DNA of 64,000 nt from Faecousia sp. (GTDB lineage Bacteria; Bacillota; Clostridia; Oscillospirales; Oscillospiraceae). The stretch covers positions 34,334 to 98,333 of the forward strand of contig JBNMIH010000003.1 of NCBI GenBank assembly GCA_050873165.1. The letters are read 5' to 3'. The first letter of the stretch is position 1, and each line of letters begins with the position of its first letter. Under the pieces are notes generated by a model. The model saw nothing but the letters and a program-made list of their open reading frames with translations. It made no database searches and was not told where the DNA came from. This document shows positions 36,538 through 46,544 of the stretch, in pieces. A program made the position numbers and the translations under genes.

Positions 36538-37413
36538 TCAAATGCCAAGAGCAGCTCTGGCGGCGGCAATGTGTCGGGGCTCCGTGCCGCAGCAGCCCCC
36601 CAGAAGGGAGGCTCCATTTTCCCGGCAGGCCCGGAGGACGGCGGCAAAGGGCTCCGGCTCCATATCGTACTGGGCTACACCCTTCTGATCGATGACGGGC
36701 ATGCCGGCATTGGGTTTGCACAGAATGGGCAGCTTGGTAAACCGGCGCAGACGGCTGACCAGATGGGGGGTCATCTCGTCGGCGGCCACGCAGTTGAAGC
36801 CAACGGCGGCAGCGCCCCACCCTTCCAGGTCCTGGAAGAGGGGACCAGCGTCGGTTCCGTTGAAAAGATAGCCCCCGGACTGCATGGTGAAGCTGATCAT
36901 GGTGGCTCCGGCCCCTTCCAGCTCGGCGGCGGTGAGGATGGCCTCCGCCTCCTGGGCGTACATCAGGGTCTCTCCGACGAGCAGGTCCGCACCGCCGTCG
37001 ATGAGGCCGCGGATCTGGCGGCGGTAGTTTTCCACCATCAGGTCAAAGTTTTCCGGGTCCCAGCTGTCGCAGAAGGCGGCCAGGGTGGCGATGTCACCGG
37101 CCACCAGGCACCCCGGGGCGGCGGAACGGGATAAGGCAATCAGCTGGCCATTGATGGCCTCGCAGTGCTTGTCTAAGCCGATTTTTTCCAAGGCGATGGG
37201 CTGGGCCTGGAAGGTGGGGGCGTAGACGATCTTGCTTCCCGCCTCGGCGTAGCCCCGCTGGAGAGAAACCAACACCTCCGGATTGCGCAGCACCCACTCC
37301 TCAGTGGCAACTCCATTGGGCATGCCCATTTTTCGCAGATAGGAGCCGGTGGCTCCGTCCAGCAGCCAGGGGCCGGCGCCCAGGGCTGCGTGAAATTCTT
37401 CTTTCGTCAGCAT
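36538..37413 (-). CDS. Homocysteine S-methyltransferase family protein (Hcy-binding domain only)
   Basis: LLDGATGS, GFNC, KPNAGMP, GGCCGTEP. Confidence 0.9.
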   Translation of the reverse strand: MLTKEEFHAALGAGPWLLDGATGSYLRKMGMPNGVATEEWVLRNPEVLVSLQRGYAEAGSKIVYAPTFQAQPIALEKIGLDKHCEAINGQLIALSRSAAPGCLVAGDIATLAAFCDSWDPENFDLMVENYRRQIRGLIDGGADLLVGETLMYAQEAEAILTAAELEGAGATMISFTMQSGGYLFNGTDAGPLFQDLEGWGAAAVGFNCVAADEMTPHLVSRLRRFTKLPILCKPNAGMPVIDQKGVAQYDMEPEPFAAVLRACRENGASLLGGCCGTEPRHIAAARAALGI

Positions 37414-37570
37414 AACGAATCCCTCGTTTCGTGAATTTGGGTTTATTATAAAGGAAAGTGGACAGGATTGCAATAGCAAACCCTCTCTTGGAAGAGGGGA
37501 CGGCAGGGTTTACAAGTCCCCCCAAATCTGTTATAATACGGAAACAAATTCTTACAAAAAGGAGTTTACC

Positions 37571-38794
37571 ATGAAAAAAACGGTTTTGCGGGAATATGCC
37601 CGCCTGATTGTGAAAAAGGGTGTCAATGTTCAGAAGGGCCAGGAAGTGATCGTCTATGCCGACCTGGACCAGCCGGAGTTTGTGGCTATGGTGGTGGAGG
37701 AGGCCTACAAGGCCAAGGCAAAGAAGGTCAGCGTAGAGTGGAGCTACCAGCCCCTCCAGAAACTCCATGTGCGCTATCGCAGCGTCACCACCATGGGCAC
37801 CGTGGAGGAATGGGAGAAGGCCCGGCAGCAGCACTATGTAGACGTGGTGCCCGCCCGCATCCACATCATCTCTGAGGACCCGGATGGCCTCAAGGGCATC
37901 AACATGGAAAAGGTCACCAAGGCCCGCCGGATGAGCTATCCCATCCTGAAGCCCTACAAGGACCAGCTGGAGAACAAGCAGCAGTGGTGCATCGCTGCCG
38001 TTCCCGGGGCTGCCTGGGCAAAGAAGGTCTTCCCCGGCATGCGGACCAGCACCGCTGTGGAAAAGCTGTGGGAAGCCATTCTGGATGCCTCCCGGGTGAC
38101 GGAGGACCCCCAGAAAGCCTGGGAGGACCACGACAAGGATTTGCAGGACCGCTGCGACTACCTGAACAGCCTCCATATCCGTTCTCTCCACTATACGGCT
38201 GACAATGGCACGGATTTCACCGTAGGCCTGATCCCTCAGGGGCAGTTCTGCGGCGGCGGGGAGACCAGCCGCACCGGCATTTTCTTCAACCCCAATATTC
38301 CCACCGAGGAGTGCTTCGTCTCCCCCATGAAGGGCCAGGCGGAAGGCATCGTCTACGCCACCAAGCCCCTGAGCTACCGGGGCCAGCTCATCGAGGGCTT
38401 CTCCATCCGTTTTGAGGGCGGCAAGGCTGTGGAGGTCCATGCCGAGAAAGGGGAGGACCTGCTGAAGGCCATGATCTCCATGGACGAAGGCGCGGCCTAC
38501 CTGGGCGAGTGCGCCCTGGTTCCTCAGAAGAGCCCCATTGCCCAGAGCGGCCTGCTGTTCTACAACACCCTCTTCGACGAGAACGCCGCCTGCCATCTGG
38601 CCCTGGGCATGGGCTTCCCGGATACCATCCAGGACTTCCAGAATAAGACATTGGAGGAGTGCCGGGAACTGGGGGTCAACGACTCTATGATCCATGAGGA
38701 TTTCATGATCGGCTGCGACTCTATGAATATCGATGCAGTCTGCGAGGACGGCTCTACCAAGCCCATTTTCCGGAGCGGCAACTGGGCTTTCTAA
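37571..38794 (+). CDS. Aminopeptidase (M29, AmpS/PepS)
   Basis: NIPTEE, YLGECALVP, LFDENAACHLALG, IHEDFMIG. Confidence 0.93.
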   Translation: MKKTVLREYARLIVKKGVNVQKGQEVIVYADLDQPEFVAMVVEEAYKAKAKKVSVEWSYQPLQKLHVRYRSVTTMGTVEEWEKARQQHYVDVVPARIHIISEDPDGLKGINMEKVTKARRMSYPILKPYKDQLENKQQWCIAAVPGAAWAKKVFPGMRTSTAVEKLWEAILDASRVTEDPQKAWEDHDKDLQDRCDYLNSLHIRSLHYTADNGTDFTVGLIPQGQFCGGGETSRTGIFFNPNIPTEECFVSPMKGQAEGIVYATKPLSYRGQLIEGFSIRFEGGKAVEVHAEKGEDLLKAMISMDEGAAYLGECALVPQKSPIAQSGLLFYNTLFDENAACHLALGMGFPDTIQDFQNKTLEECRELGVNDSMIHEDFMIGCDSMNIDAVCEDGSTKPIFRSGNWAF

Positions 38795-38926
38795 GGAAAC
38801 GAATCTTTTTGAAAAAAAGAGAAAAAAGGACTTGCTTTTTTGAATCGGCTGTGCTATTATATTCAGGCGATTTGAGATTGCTGGGGGCAAGTTTGCCCTT
38901 TAACTGATATGAAAGAGGTGAAAGAA

Positions 38927-39127
38927 ATGAAGGAAGGTATCCATCCTAAGTACGAACAGACCACGATCCGCTGCGCGTGTGGTAACGTCATCACGACCGG
39001 TTCTACCAAGAAGGACATTCGTGTTGAGATCTGCTCCAAGTGCCACCCTTTCTATACCGGCAAGCAGAAGCTGGTTGACACCGGTGGACGCGTCGATCGC
39101 TTCAACAAGCGCTTCGGCCTGAAGTAA
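38927..39127 (+). CDS. rpmE: 50S ribosomal protein L31 (Zn-binding type)
   Basis: [21 protein letters not shown]. Confidence 0.97.
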   Translation: MKEGIHPKYEQTTIRCACGNVITTGSTKKDIRVEICSKCHPFYTGKQKLVDTGGRVDRFNKRFGLK

Positions 39128-39238
39128 GATTCGTCTTCATTACCCGCATTACGGCAACGTAGTGCGGGTATTTTCTTTACCCCTTGTCAGAAATGTGGTT
39201 TCTGTGCTATACTATCTACAAACCATCAGGAGGTTTCT

Positions 39239-40492
39239 ATGGAAGAAAAAATTCAGGAGCGGGCCGTCCTGGTAGGCCTCAACGCCGATTGCTTCACCCA
39301 GGAGCAGACGGCCACGGAGGAGTCCCTGGAGGAACTGGAGGCACTGCTGGAGACGGCGGGGGGCTTCTGCACCGGGAAGATGCTGCAAAACCGCCATGTG
39401 CCGGATGCCCACTGCTTCATCGGTGAAGGGAAGGCTTTGGAAGTGAAGATGCTGGTGGAGGCCACTGCCTCTACCATGGTGATTTTTGATAACGAGCTTT
39501 CCCCGGGAAATATCCGGGCATTGGAAGAAATCATTGGGGTCACGGTGCTGGACCGCAGCGCCCTCATTATGGATATCTTTGCCCAGCGGGCCAAGACCAA
39601 GGAGGGCCGCCTCCAGGTGGAGCTGGCCCAGTATAAGTATCTTCTGCCGCGGCTTTCCGGTGCGGGAAAAAGTCTTTCCCGTCAGGGCGGCGGAATCGGT
39701 ACCCGAGGCCCGGGTGAAACCAAGCTGGAAAGCGACCGGCGGCACATCCGGGAGCGGATTTCCCGGTTGGAATCGGAGTTGGAGCAGGTGCGCCAGGTCC
39801 GGGGTGTCCAACGGGAGCGCCGTATGAAGAATTCCGTGCCGGTGGTGGCCATTGTGGGCTATACCAACGCGGGTAAATCCACCCTTCTCAATCAGCTCAC
39901 CGGGGCGGGTATTCCTGCCAACAACCGGCTCTTTGACACCCTGGACACCACCTCCCGGCAGCTGAAGGTTTCCGACAATCTGGATGTGATCCTCTCGGAC
40001 ACCGTAGGCTTCATCTCCAAGCTCCCACACCATCTGGTGGATGCCTTCCGGGCTACCCTGGAGGAGCTCCAGTATGCGGACCTGCTGCTCCATGTCATCG
40101 ATGCGGCAGACCCCAACCGGGAGGACCACATTGCCGTGGTGGATAAGCTGATTTCCTCTCTGGCAAGGCCCGGGACTCCGGTGATCTACTGCTACAACAA
40201 AGCGGACCTAGTGCCGAAAGAGGAGATCCCCGTTGGGGAGAACGTGATCGCCATCTCCGCCGCCAAGGGTATCCATATGGAGGCCCTGCTGAAAAAAATC
40301 GAGGACACCCTGGGCCATGCCCGGCATCGGGTGACCCTCCGGCTGCCCTATTCCATGGGCGGCACTGTGGACACCCTCCATTCGGGGGCCAAGGTGTTCT
40401 CCGTGGACTACACCGGCGAGGGCATTGAGATCGACACCGTGCTGGACGATATCCTCTACGGACGTCTGCGGGACTACATTATAAAGGAGTAA
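39239..40492 (+). CDS. hflX: GTPase HflX
   Basis: GTRGPGETKLE, GYTNAGKST, DTVGF, NKAD. Confidence 0.96.
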   Translation: MEEKIQERAVLVGLNADCFTQEQTATEESLEELEALLETAGGFCTGKMLQNRHVPDAHCFIGEGKALEVKMLVEATASTMVIFDNELSPGNIRALEEIIGVTVLDRSALIMDIFAQRAKTKEGRLQVELAQYKYLLPRLSGAGKSLSRQGGGIGTRGPGETKLESDRRHIRERISRLESELEQVRQVRGVQRERRMKNSVPVVAIVGYTNAGKSTLLNQLTGAGIPANNRLFDTLDTTSRQLKVSDNLDVILSDTVGFISKLPHHLVDAFRATLEELQYADLLLHVIDAADPNREDHIAVVDKLISSLARPGTPVIYCYNKADLVPKEEIPVGENVIAISAAKGIHMEALLKKIEDTLGHARHRVTLRLPYSMGGTVDTLHSGAKVFSVDYTGEGIEIDTVLDDILYGRLRDYIIKE

Positions 40493-40498
40493 GAGGTC

Positions 40499-41125
40499 TT
40501 GGAAGAATATCTGGTGCCTACCGCCTTTGGGGAGGACGAATTTATAGAGAAGAAGTCCCGCTTCATCGGCCGCCTCTGGCCGGTAGAGACGGAGGAGCAG
40601 GCACTGGAGAAGATCCAGGAGATGAAAAAGAAGCACTACGATGCCACCCACAACTGCTGGGCTTATATTATCCGGGATGGAGCCGTCCGTTTCTCCGACG
40701 ACGGGGAGCCGGGAGGCACCGCCGGTATGCCCATGCTCCAGGTGCTCCAGCGGGAGGGCCTATTCAATGTGGTGTGCGTGGTGACCCGGTATTTTGGCGG
40801 CATCCTCCTGGGGGCCGGAGGCCTGGTCCGGGCCTACACCAAGGGGGCAAAGATCGCTGTAGATGCTGCGGGAAAGTCCTGCAAGCGGGTGTGGACCGTC
40901 CTGTATTTGCCCTGCCCTTACCCCTTTTACGAGCGGGTGAAGCTGGCGGTGGCGGAATATGAGGGGATCATAAGAAAGACGGACTACGGCGCGGAAATCG
41001 AGCTGGAGGTTTTGTTCCCGGAGGCGAAAACGGAAGAATTCCTTGCCCACCTGACGGACATGACCAGCGGTACCGTAGAAGCCATGGAAATCGGGAAGGA
41101 ATACAGGGCCTTTCCAATCAAATAG
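40499..41125 (+). CDS. YigZ/IMPACT family protein
   Basis: KKSRF, DDGEPGGTAG, VTRYFGGILLG.GGLVRAY. Confidence 0.92.
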   Translation: MEEYLVPTAFGEDEFIEKKSRFIGRLWPVETEEQALEKIQEMKKKHYDATHNCWAYIIRDGAVRFSDDGEPGGTAGMPMLQVLQREGLFNVVCVVTRYFGGILLGAGGLVRAYTKGAKIAVDAAGKSCKRVWTVLYLPCPYPFYERVKLAVAEYEGIIRKTDYGAEIELEVLFPEAKTEEFLAHLTDMTSGTVEAMEIGKEYRAFPIK

Positions 41126-41140
41126 AAGGAGTGATCACCT

Positions 41141-42154
41141 ATGACCGTTCGGGAAGAACTGGAGCGTCTGGAGCACCGCCGCCTGAATCCCTTGGCGACC
41201 TTTGCTGATGAATCCACCGGCCGCCCCCACCGGGAGCCGGAGCGGGTGGAGGATGTGCGGACCTGCTTCCAGCGGGATACGGACCGGGTGGTGCACAGCA
41301 AGGCCTTCCGGCGGCTGATGCACAAGACCCAGGTGTTTCTGCGGCCGGAAGGGGATCACTACCGGACCCGGATGACCCACACCCTGGAGGTCACTCGGAT
41401 CGCCAAGACCATCACCAGGGCTTTGGGCCTGAACGAGGACCTGGCGGAGGCCATTGCCATGGGCCACGACCTGGGCCATACCCCCTTTGGTCATGCCGGA
41501 GAAGGGGCCCTGACGGCCTGTTTGGGGAAACCCTTCCGGCATAACGAGCAGAGCCTGCGGGTGGTGGACTGCCTGGAAAAGGACGGCCAGGGATTGAATC
41601 TGACCAATGAGGTCCGGATGGGGATCCTCTGCCATACCGGGGACAAACAGCCGGACACCTTAGAGGGCCAGATCATCCGCCGATCGGACCGTATTGCTTA
41701 CGTGAATCACGACATAGACGACGCCATCCGGGCAGGTATCCTCCGGGAGGAGGATATTCCCAGAAGCATGACCCTGACCCTGGGGGAAAATCCCCGGGAC
41801 CGGATCAATACCCTGGTCTGCGATGTCATCGCCACCTCCCGGGAGGCGGGGGCCATTGCCATGACCCCCAGCGTGGAGCTGGCCTTTACGGAGCTGCGGG
41901 AATTCATGTTCGAGCGGGTCTACCGAAACCCCATTGCCAAAGGGGAGGAGAGCAAGGCCCAGGGGATGCTCCAGCGGCTCTTCGAATACTACATGGCGAA
42001 CCCGGAGGCCCTGCCGGAAGATTTCCAGCCCCAGCTGAGCTTCGATGGCATGGAGCGGACCGTCTGCGACTACATTGCCGGTATGACGGATAACTATGCA
42101 GTGGGAAAATTTACAGAGATTTTTGTACCTTCCGGCTGGAATGTCCGGGGGTAG
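41141..42154 (+). CDS. dgt: dGTP triphosphohydrolase-like protein
   Basis: RRLMHKTQVF, HDLGHTPFGH.GE, DYIAGMTD. Confidence 0.93.
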   Translation: MTVREELERLEHRRLNPLATFADESTGRPHREPERVEDVRTCFQRDTDRVVHSKAFRRLMHKTQVFLRPEGDHYRTRMTHTLEVTRIAKTITRALGLNEDLAEAIAMGHDLGHTPFGHAGEGALTACLGKPFRHNEQSLRVVDCLEKDGQGLNLTNEVRMGILCHTGDKQPDTLEGQIIRRSDRIAYVNHDIDDAIRAGILREEDIPRSMTLTLGENPRDRINTLVCDVIATSREAGAIAMTPSVELAFTELREFMFERVYRNPIAKGEESKAQGMLQRLFEYYMANPEALPEDFQPQLSFDGMERTVCDYIAGMTDNYAVGKFTEIFVPSGWNVRG

Positions 42155-42190
42155 TATGGTATAATTGGCTGTAAGGAAGGAGAGATCAGA

Positions 42191-43936
42191 ATGCCGTTTC
42201 CACCGCAGTTTCTGGATGAGCTGGCGGCCCGGAACCCCATTGAAGAGGTGGTGGGCCAGTATGTGAATCTGAAGCGGTCCGGGAGCAATCTCTTCGGCCT
42301 GTGTCCCTTCCACGGGGAGAAGACCCCCTCCTTTTCCGTTGCCCCGGATAAGGGCATCTTCTACTGTTTCGGCTGCCACAAGGGCGGCAGTGTCATCAAC
42401 TTCGAGATGGAGATCGAGGGGCTCAGCTACCCTGACGCCGTCCGGGCCCTGGCCCAGCGGGCGGGGATGGAAGTGCCGGATGATGAGCAGTACCAAAGCC
42501 GTTATCGCCAGCAGGAGCGGCTTTGGGCCCTCAGTAAGGAGGCAGCCCGGTTCTTTGTGGCCCAGCTTTATGCCCCGGCAGGGGCGGAGGGCCTGGCCTA
42601 CGCCCAGAAGCGGGGCATGAGCAAGGGGACCCTGACTCGGTTTGGTATCGGTTTCGCCCCCAACACCTGGACCAGCCTGACGGATGCCATGCTGGCCAAG
42701 GGCTATACCGAAGAGGAACTGAAAGATGCCGGTTTGGTGTCTGTATCCCAGAAGAATGGGCGGATCTATGACCGGTTCCGGAACCGGCTTATGTTTCCCA
42801 TCATCGACGTCCGGGGCAACGTTATCGGCTTCGGCGGCCGGGTCATGGATGACTCCACGCCAAAGTACCTGAATTCTCCGGAAACCATTATTTTCAACAA
42901 GCGCAAAAATCTGTTTGCCCTGAATATTTCCAAGAAAACCAAACTGGGCTATATGATCCTGGTGGAAGGGTATATGGATGCCATTGCCCTGCACCAGTAT
43001 GGCTTCGACTGCGCTGTGGCCTCCCTGGGCACCTCTCTGACGGAGGAGCACGCAACGCTTCTCAGCCGCTATACAGACCAGGTCATGCTCATCTACGACG
43101 GTGACGAGGCGGGGCAGAATGCCACCAAGCGGGCCATTCCCATGCTGGAAAAGGCGGGACTCCAGGTGAAGGTCTTGCAGATGCGAGGGGCCAAGGACCC
43201 GGACGAATTTTTGAAAAAATACGGGGCAGACAAGTTTAAGCTTCTGCTGGAGGAGAGCTCCAACCGGGTAGAGTATCAGTTGCGGGCCATCCAGAAAAAA
43301 TATGATCTGACCTCCGACGAGGACCGGGTGAAGTTCATCGGCGAGGCGGCGGATTTTATCAGCAGCTTACAGAATGCCGTCCAGCGGGAAATTTACGGCA
43401 ACCGGGCGGCGGAGACCGCGAAAATCAGCGGCGAGGCCATGAAAATTGAGGTTTCCAAGGCCTTCAAGCGCCGCGTTGGCCGGGAGAAGAAAAAGCAGGA
43501 GCACATCGACCTGGCTCCCGCCATTGCCCGGCAGCCTAAGAGCCGCAGCTTCCACTATGACAACGTCAAGTCCGCTATGGCGGAGGAGAACGTCATTGCC
43601 CAGTGCATGAAGGATGCCGGGCTTATGGAAAAGGCTATGGTATTGACGCCGGATACCTTCTCCTCGCCCCTGCTGGGAAAAGTATTCTCCCAGATGGAGG
43701 CCCAGTACAAAAGCGGCCAGGAGCCGACTCTGACGGCCCTGACGGACCTGAGCGGGGAGGAAATGGCCCATATCGCCGGAATATTGCAGAGAAATACGGA
43801 CCCGGTGTCGGAGCAGGGGCTTCTGGACAGCATCCGGGTCATCCGGCGGGAGCATCAGTTCAATTCGGTCCAGTCCGACGAGGACCTGAGATCGCTACAG
43901 AGAAAACTACGGGAAAGTAAAGGTGCCAGACCATGA
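42191..43936 (+). CDS. dnaG: DNA primase
   Basis: CPFH...CFGC zinc finger, KYLNSPET, EGYMD, YDGDEAG. Confidence 0.98.
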   Translation: MPFPPQFLDELAARNPIEEVVGQYVNLKRSGSNLFGLCPFHGEKTPSFSVAPDKGIFYCFGCHKGGSVINFEMEIEGLSYPDAVRALAQRAGMEVPDDEQYQSRYRQQERLWALSKEAARFFVAQLYAPAGAEGLAYAQKRGMSKGTLTRFGIGFAPNTWTSLTDAMLAKGYTEEELKDAGLVSVSQKNGRIYDRFRNRLMFPIIDVRGNVIGFGGRVMDDSTPKYLNSPETIIFNKRKNLFALNISKKTKLGYMILVEGYMDAIALHQYGFDCAVASLGTSLTEEHATLLSRYTDQVMLIYDGDEAGQNATKRAIPMLEKAGLQVKVLQMRGAKDPDEFLKKYGADKFKLLLEESSNRVEYQLRAIQKKYDLTSDEDRVKFIGEAADFISSLQNAVQREIYGNRAAETAKISGEAMKIEVSKAFKRRVGREKKKQEHIDLAPAIARQPKSRSFHYDNVKSAMAEENVIAQCMKDAGLMEKAMVLTPDTFSSPLLGKVFSQMEAQYKSGQEPTLTALTDLSGEEMAHIAGILQRNTDPVSEQGLLDSIRVIRREHQFNSVQSDEDLRSLQRKLRESKGARP

Positions 43937-44814
43937 CAGAGCAATTTGATCAGGAACCAGACCAGGAAACCCCCATCCCCGTCCCCACCGACGAGGATGA
44001 CATCCGCCAGTACCTTCGCGAAATTCGCAGCTACCCCCGGCTGACGCCGGAGGAAGAGCGGGAGCTGGCCCAGCGCTGCGCCCAGGGAGACGAGGAGGCC
44101 ATCCGGAAGATGGTCAACAGCAATCTGCGGCTGGTGGTGTCCGTGGCCAAGGAATACGCGGGCCGTGGGGTGCCGCTGCTGGACCTCATCCAGGAGGGGA
44201 GCATCGGCCTGCTGGCGGCGGCCAGGAAGTTTGACTATACCCGGGATTTCCGGTTTTCTACATACGCTACCAAGTGGATCCGCCAGGGCGTGACCCGGTG
44301 CCTTCTCAATCACGGGGGCACCATCCGGGTGCCGGTGCATACGGCGGAACGGATGCGCAAGATTCAGGCCGCCCGGGCCTATCTGCGCCAGCAAAACGGC
44401 GTGGAGCCCACGGCCCAGGAAATCGCCCAGCGGGTGGATCTGCCGGCGGAGAAGGTAGAAGAGCTTCTGCAGCTTTCTCCGGATATCTGCTCTTTGGATG
44501 TGCCCACCGGCGACGGAGAGAAGGGCACCCTGGGAAATCTGCTGGAGGACCTGGAGGCCCCCCAGCCCCAGGAGGAGCTGGTCCGTAAAGAACTGGAAGG
44601 AATGCTGGAGAAACTCCTCAGCAGCCTGACGCCCCGGCAGCAGACGATCCTCCGGCTCCACTTCGGCATGGAGGACGGAACCTGCTACTCGTTGGAAGCT
44701 ATCGGCGAGAAGCTGGGCATCTCCAAGGAGCGGGTCCGGCAGGTGGAGAAGCAGGCCATGGACAAGCTCCAGGCCATGGGCACCAGTATGGGATTGGAGG
44801 ATTTTCTGGAATGA
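43933..44814 (+). CDS. Diverged RpoD-like sigma-70 factor (regions 1.2-4, no 1.1)
   Basis: NLRLVVSVAK, DLIQEG, FSTYATKWIRQ, TIRVPVH, KERVRQVE. Confidence 0.9.
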   Translation: MTEQFDQEPDQETPIPVPTDEDDIRQYLREIRSYPRLTPEEERELAQRCAQGDEEAIRKMVNSNLRLVVSVAKEYAGRGVPLLDLIQEGSIGLLAAARKFDYTRDFRFSTYATKWIRQGVTRCLLNHGGTIRVPVHTAERMRKIQAARAYLRQQNGVEPTAQEIAQRVDLPAEKVEELLQLSPDICSLDVPTGDGEKGTLGNLLEDLEAPQPQEELVRKELEGMLEKLLSSLTPRQQTILRLHFGMEDGTCYSLEAIGEKLGISKERVRQVEKQAMDKLQAMGTSMGLEDFLE

Positions 44815-45851
44815 TGGATATGGATATTTCCTTTGGGGACTCCCCCTGGGAAATCTGGATGGACCGAAAGCAGTCCGGCGACAGCCTGAGTGCGGCCCAG
44901 CTGCTCACCTTTTTGGAGGAGGAAACCGAAGAAGGGGTGGAGGATGCCTTCGCCGCCCTGGAGGACCGGGGGCTGAAGCTGGATATCACCACATTGCCCT
45001 CCCGGCAGTTCGTGGGCCAGGCGGCTCTGCGGCTGCGGCAGGAGGAGCAGATGGTGAAAGAGGACATGGTTCTGAAAGATCTGGGGCCCAATGATCCGCT
45101 GCGGCTGTACTTAGAGGAAATCGAGTCCCTGCCGCAGATCCAGGAGACGGAGGAGCTGCTGTCCAAAGCGGCCAGCGGGGACGAAAAAGCCCAGGAGGCC
45201 CTGACAAACGCTGGGCTCCGGCGGGTGGCGGAAATCGCTAAGGAGTTTACGGGCTACGGCGTGCTGCTGATGGACCTCATTCAGGAGGGCAGCATGGGCC
45301 TTTGGAAGGTGGTTTCCGGTTTCTCCGGCGGCGATTATCCTAGCACTCGGGACGATGCCATCCGCCAGGCCATGGCCCGGGCGGTGACATTACAGGCGAG
45401 AGAAAGCGGCGTGGGCCGGAAAATGCGCCAGGCGTTGGAAGACTACCGGGCGGTGGATGAGCGGCTCCTGTCGGAGCTGGGCAGAAACCCCACCCTGGAG
45501 GAGATCGCCCAGGAGCTCCACATGACCCCAGACGACGCTGCCACCGTCAAGCGGAATCTGGATGATGCCCGGATCCTGGCTCAGGCCACCGCTCCCAAAG
45601 AGGAAGCGGAGCCGGAGGAAGCCAATCAGGCTGTGGAGGACACCGCCTATTTCCAGATGCGCCAGCGGATCACGGAGCTCCTCAGCGTACTGCCTGAGGA
45701 GGATGCCAAGCTCCTGAGCCTGCGGTTCGGTCTCGACAAGGAGCTCCCTCTGAGCCCCGAGGATACGGGCAAGCGGCTGGGGCTGACGCCCCAGGAGGTC
45801 GTGGCCCGGGAGGCCGCGGCCCTGGCCAAGCTGCGCACCAAAAAAGAATAA
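44811..45851 (+). CDS. Degenerate RpoD-derived sigma-70-like protein
   Basis: DPLRLYLEEI, DLIQEGSMGL, LGRNPTLEEIA, LRFGL retained; regions 2.3 and 4.2 degenerate. Confidence 0.82.
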   Translation: MMDMDISFGDSPWEIWMDRKQSGDSLSAAQLLTFLEEETEEGVEDAFAALEDRGLKLDITTLPSRQFVGQAALRLRQEEQMVKEDMVLKDLGPNDPLRLYLEEIESLPQIQETEELLSKAASGDEKAQEALTNAGLRRVAEIAKEFTGYGVLLMDLIQEGSMGLWKVVSGFSGGDYPSTRDDAIRQAMARAVTLQARESGVGRKMRQALEDYRAVDERLLSELGRNPTLEEIAQELHMTPDDAATVKRNLDDARILAQATAPKEEAEPEEANQAVEDTAYFQMRQRITELLSVLPEEDAKLLSLRFGLDKELPLSPEDTGKRLGLTPQEVVAREAAALAKLRTKKE

Positions 45852-45863
45852 GGAGAAGATACT

Positions 45864-46544
45864 ATGGAACACAAAATTTCCATTGCCATCGACGGCCCTG
45901 CCGGGGCAGGGAAGAGCACCATTGCCCGGCGGCTGGCCCAGGAGATGGGCTACCGGTATGTGGATACCGGTGCCATTTACCGCACCGTTGCCTACTTCAT
46001 GGACCTGTGGGGAGTGAGCCCTAAGGACACCGACGGGGTGACCCGCTACATTGACGAGCTGACGGTGAACATCGAATATGACGACCAGGGCGTTCAGCAC
46101 ATGATCATGAATGGCATGGATGTGACCGCGGATATCCGCACCCCGGAAATTTCCCAGAAAGCCAGCCTCATCGCTGCCCAGCCAGTGGTTCGGGAAGCCC
46201 TTCTCGATATGCAGCGGGAGGCAGCCCGGCAGTATGATGTGGTCATGGACGGCCGGGACATCGGCTCCGTGGTGCTGCCAAAAGCCACTGTGAAGATTTT
46301 CCTGACGGCTTCCGCCGAGGTCCGGGCTGACCGGCGCTGCAAGGAGCTCCAGGAAAAGGGCCAGAAGGTGGACTACAATAAGATCCTGAAGGACATCCAG
46401 CAGCGGGACTACCAGGACACCCACCGGGAGATCGCCCCTTTGAAAATGACCCGGGACTCCGTGAAGCTGGATACTTCCAACATGACCATTGACGAGGTCG
46501 TCGCTGCCATGAAGAAGATCATCGGGGAGAAGCTGGGTGCATGA
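45864..46544 (+). CDS. cmk: Cytidylate kinase
   Basis: IDGPAGAGKST, DTGAIYR, DGRDIG. Confidence 0.96.
   Translation: MEHKISIAIDGPAGAGKSTIARRLAQEMGYRYVDTGAIYRTVAYFMDLWGVSPKDTDGVTRYIDELTVNIEYDDQGVQHMIMNGMDVTADIRTPEISQKASLIAAQPVVREALLDMQREAARQYDVVMDGRDIGSVVLPKATVKIFLTASAEVRADRRCKELQEKGQKVDYNKILKDIQQRDYQDTHREIAPLKMTRDSVKLDTSNMTIDEVVAAMKKIIGEKLGA

Noticed and set aside
43933-45851. A single frameshifted rpoD pseudogene
   Set aside because: Each ORF separately contains regions 1.2 to 4, so they are two paralogs rather than halves of one gene
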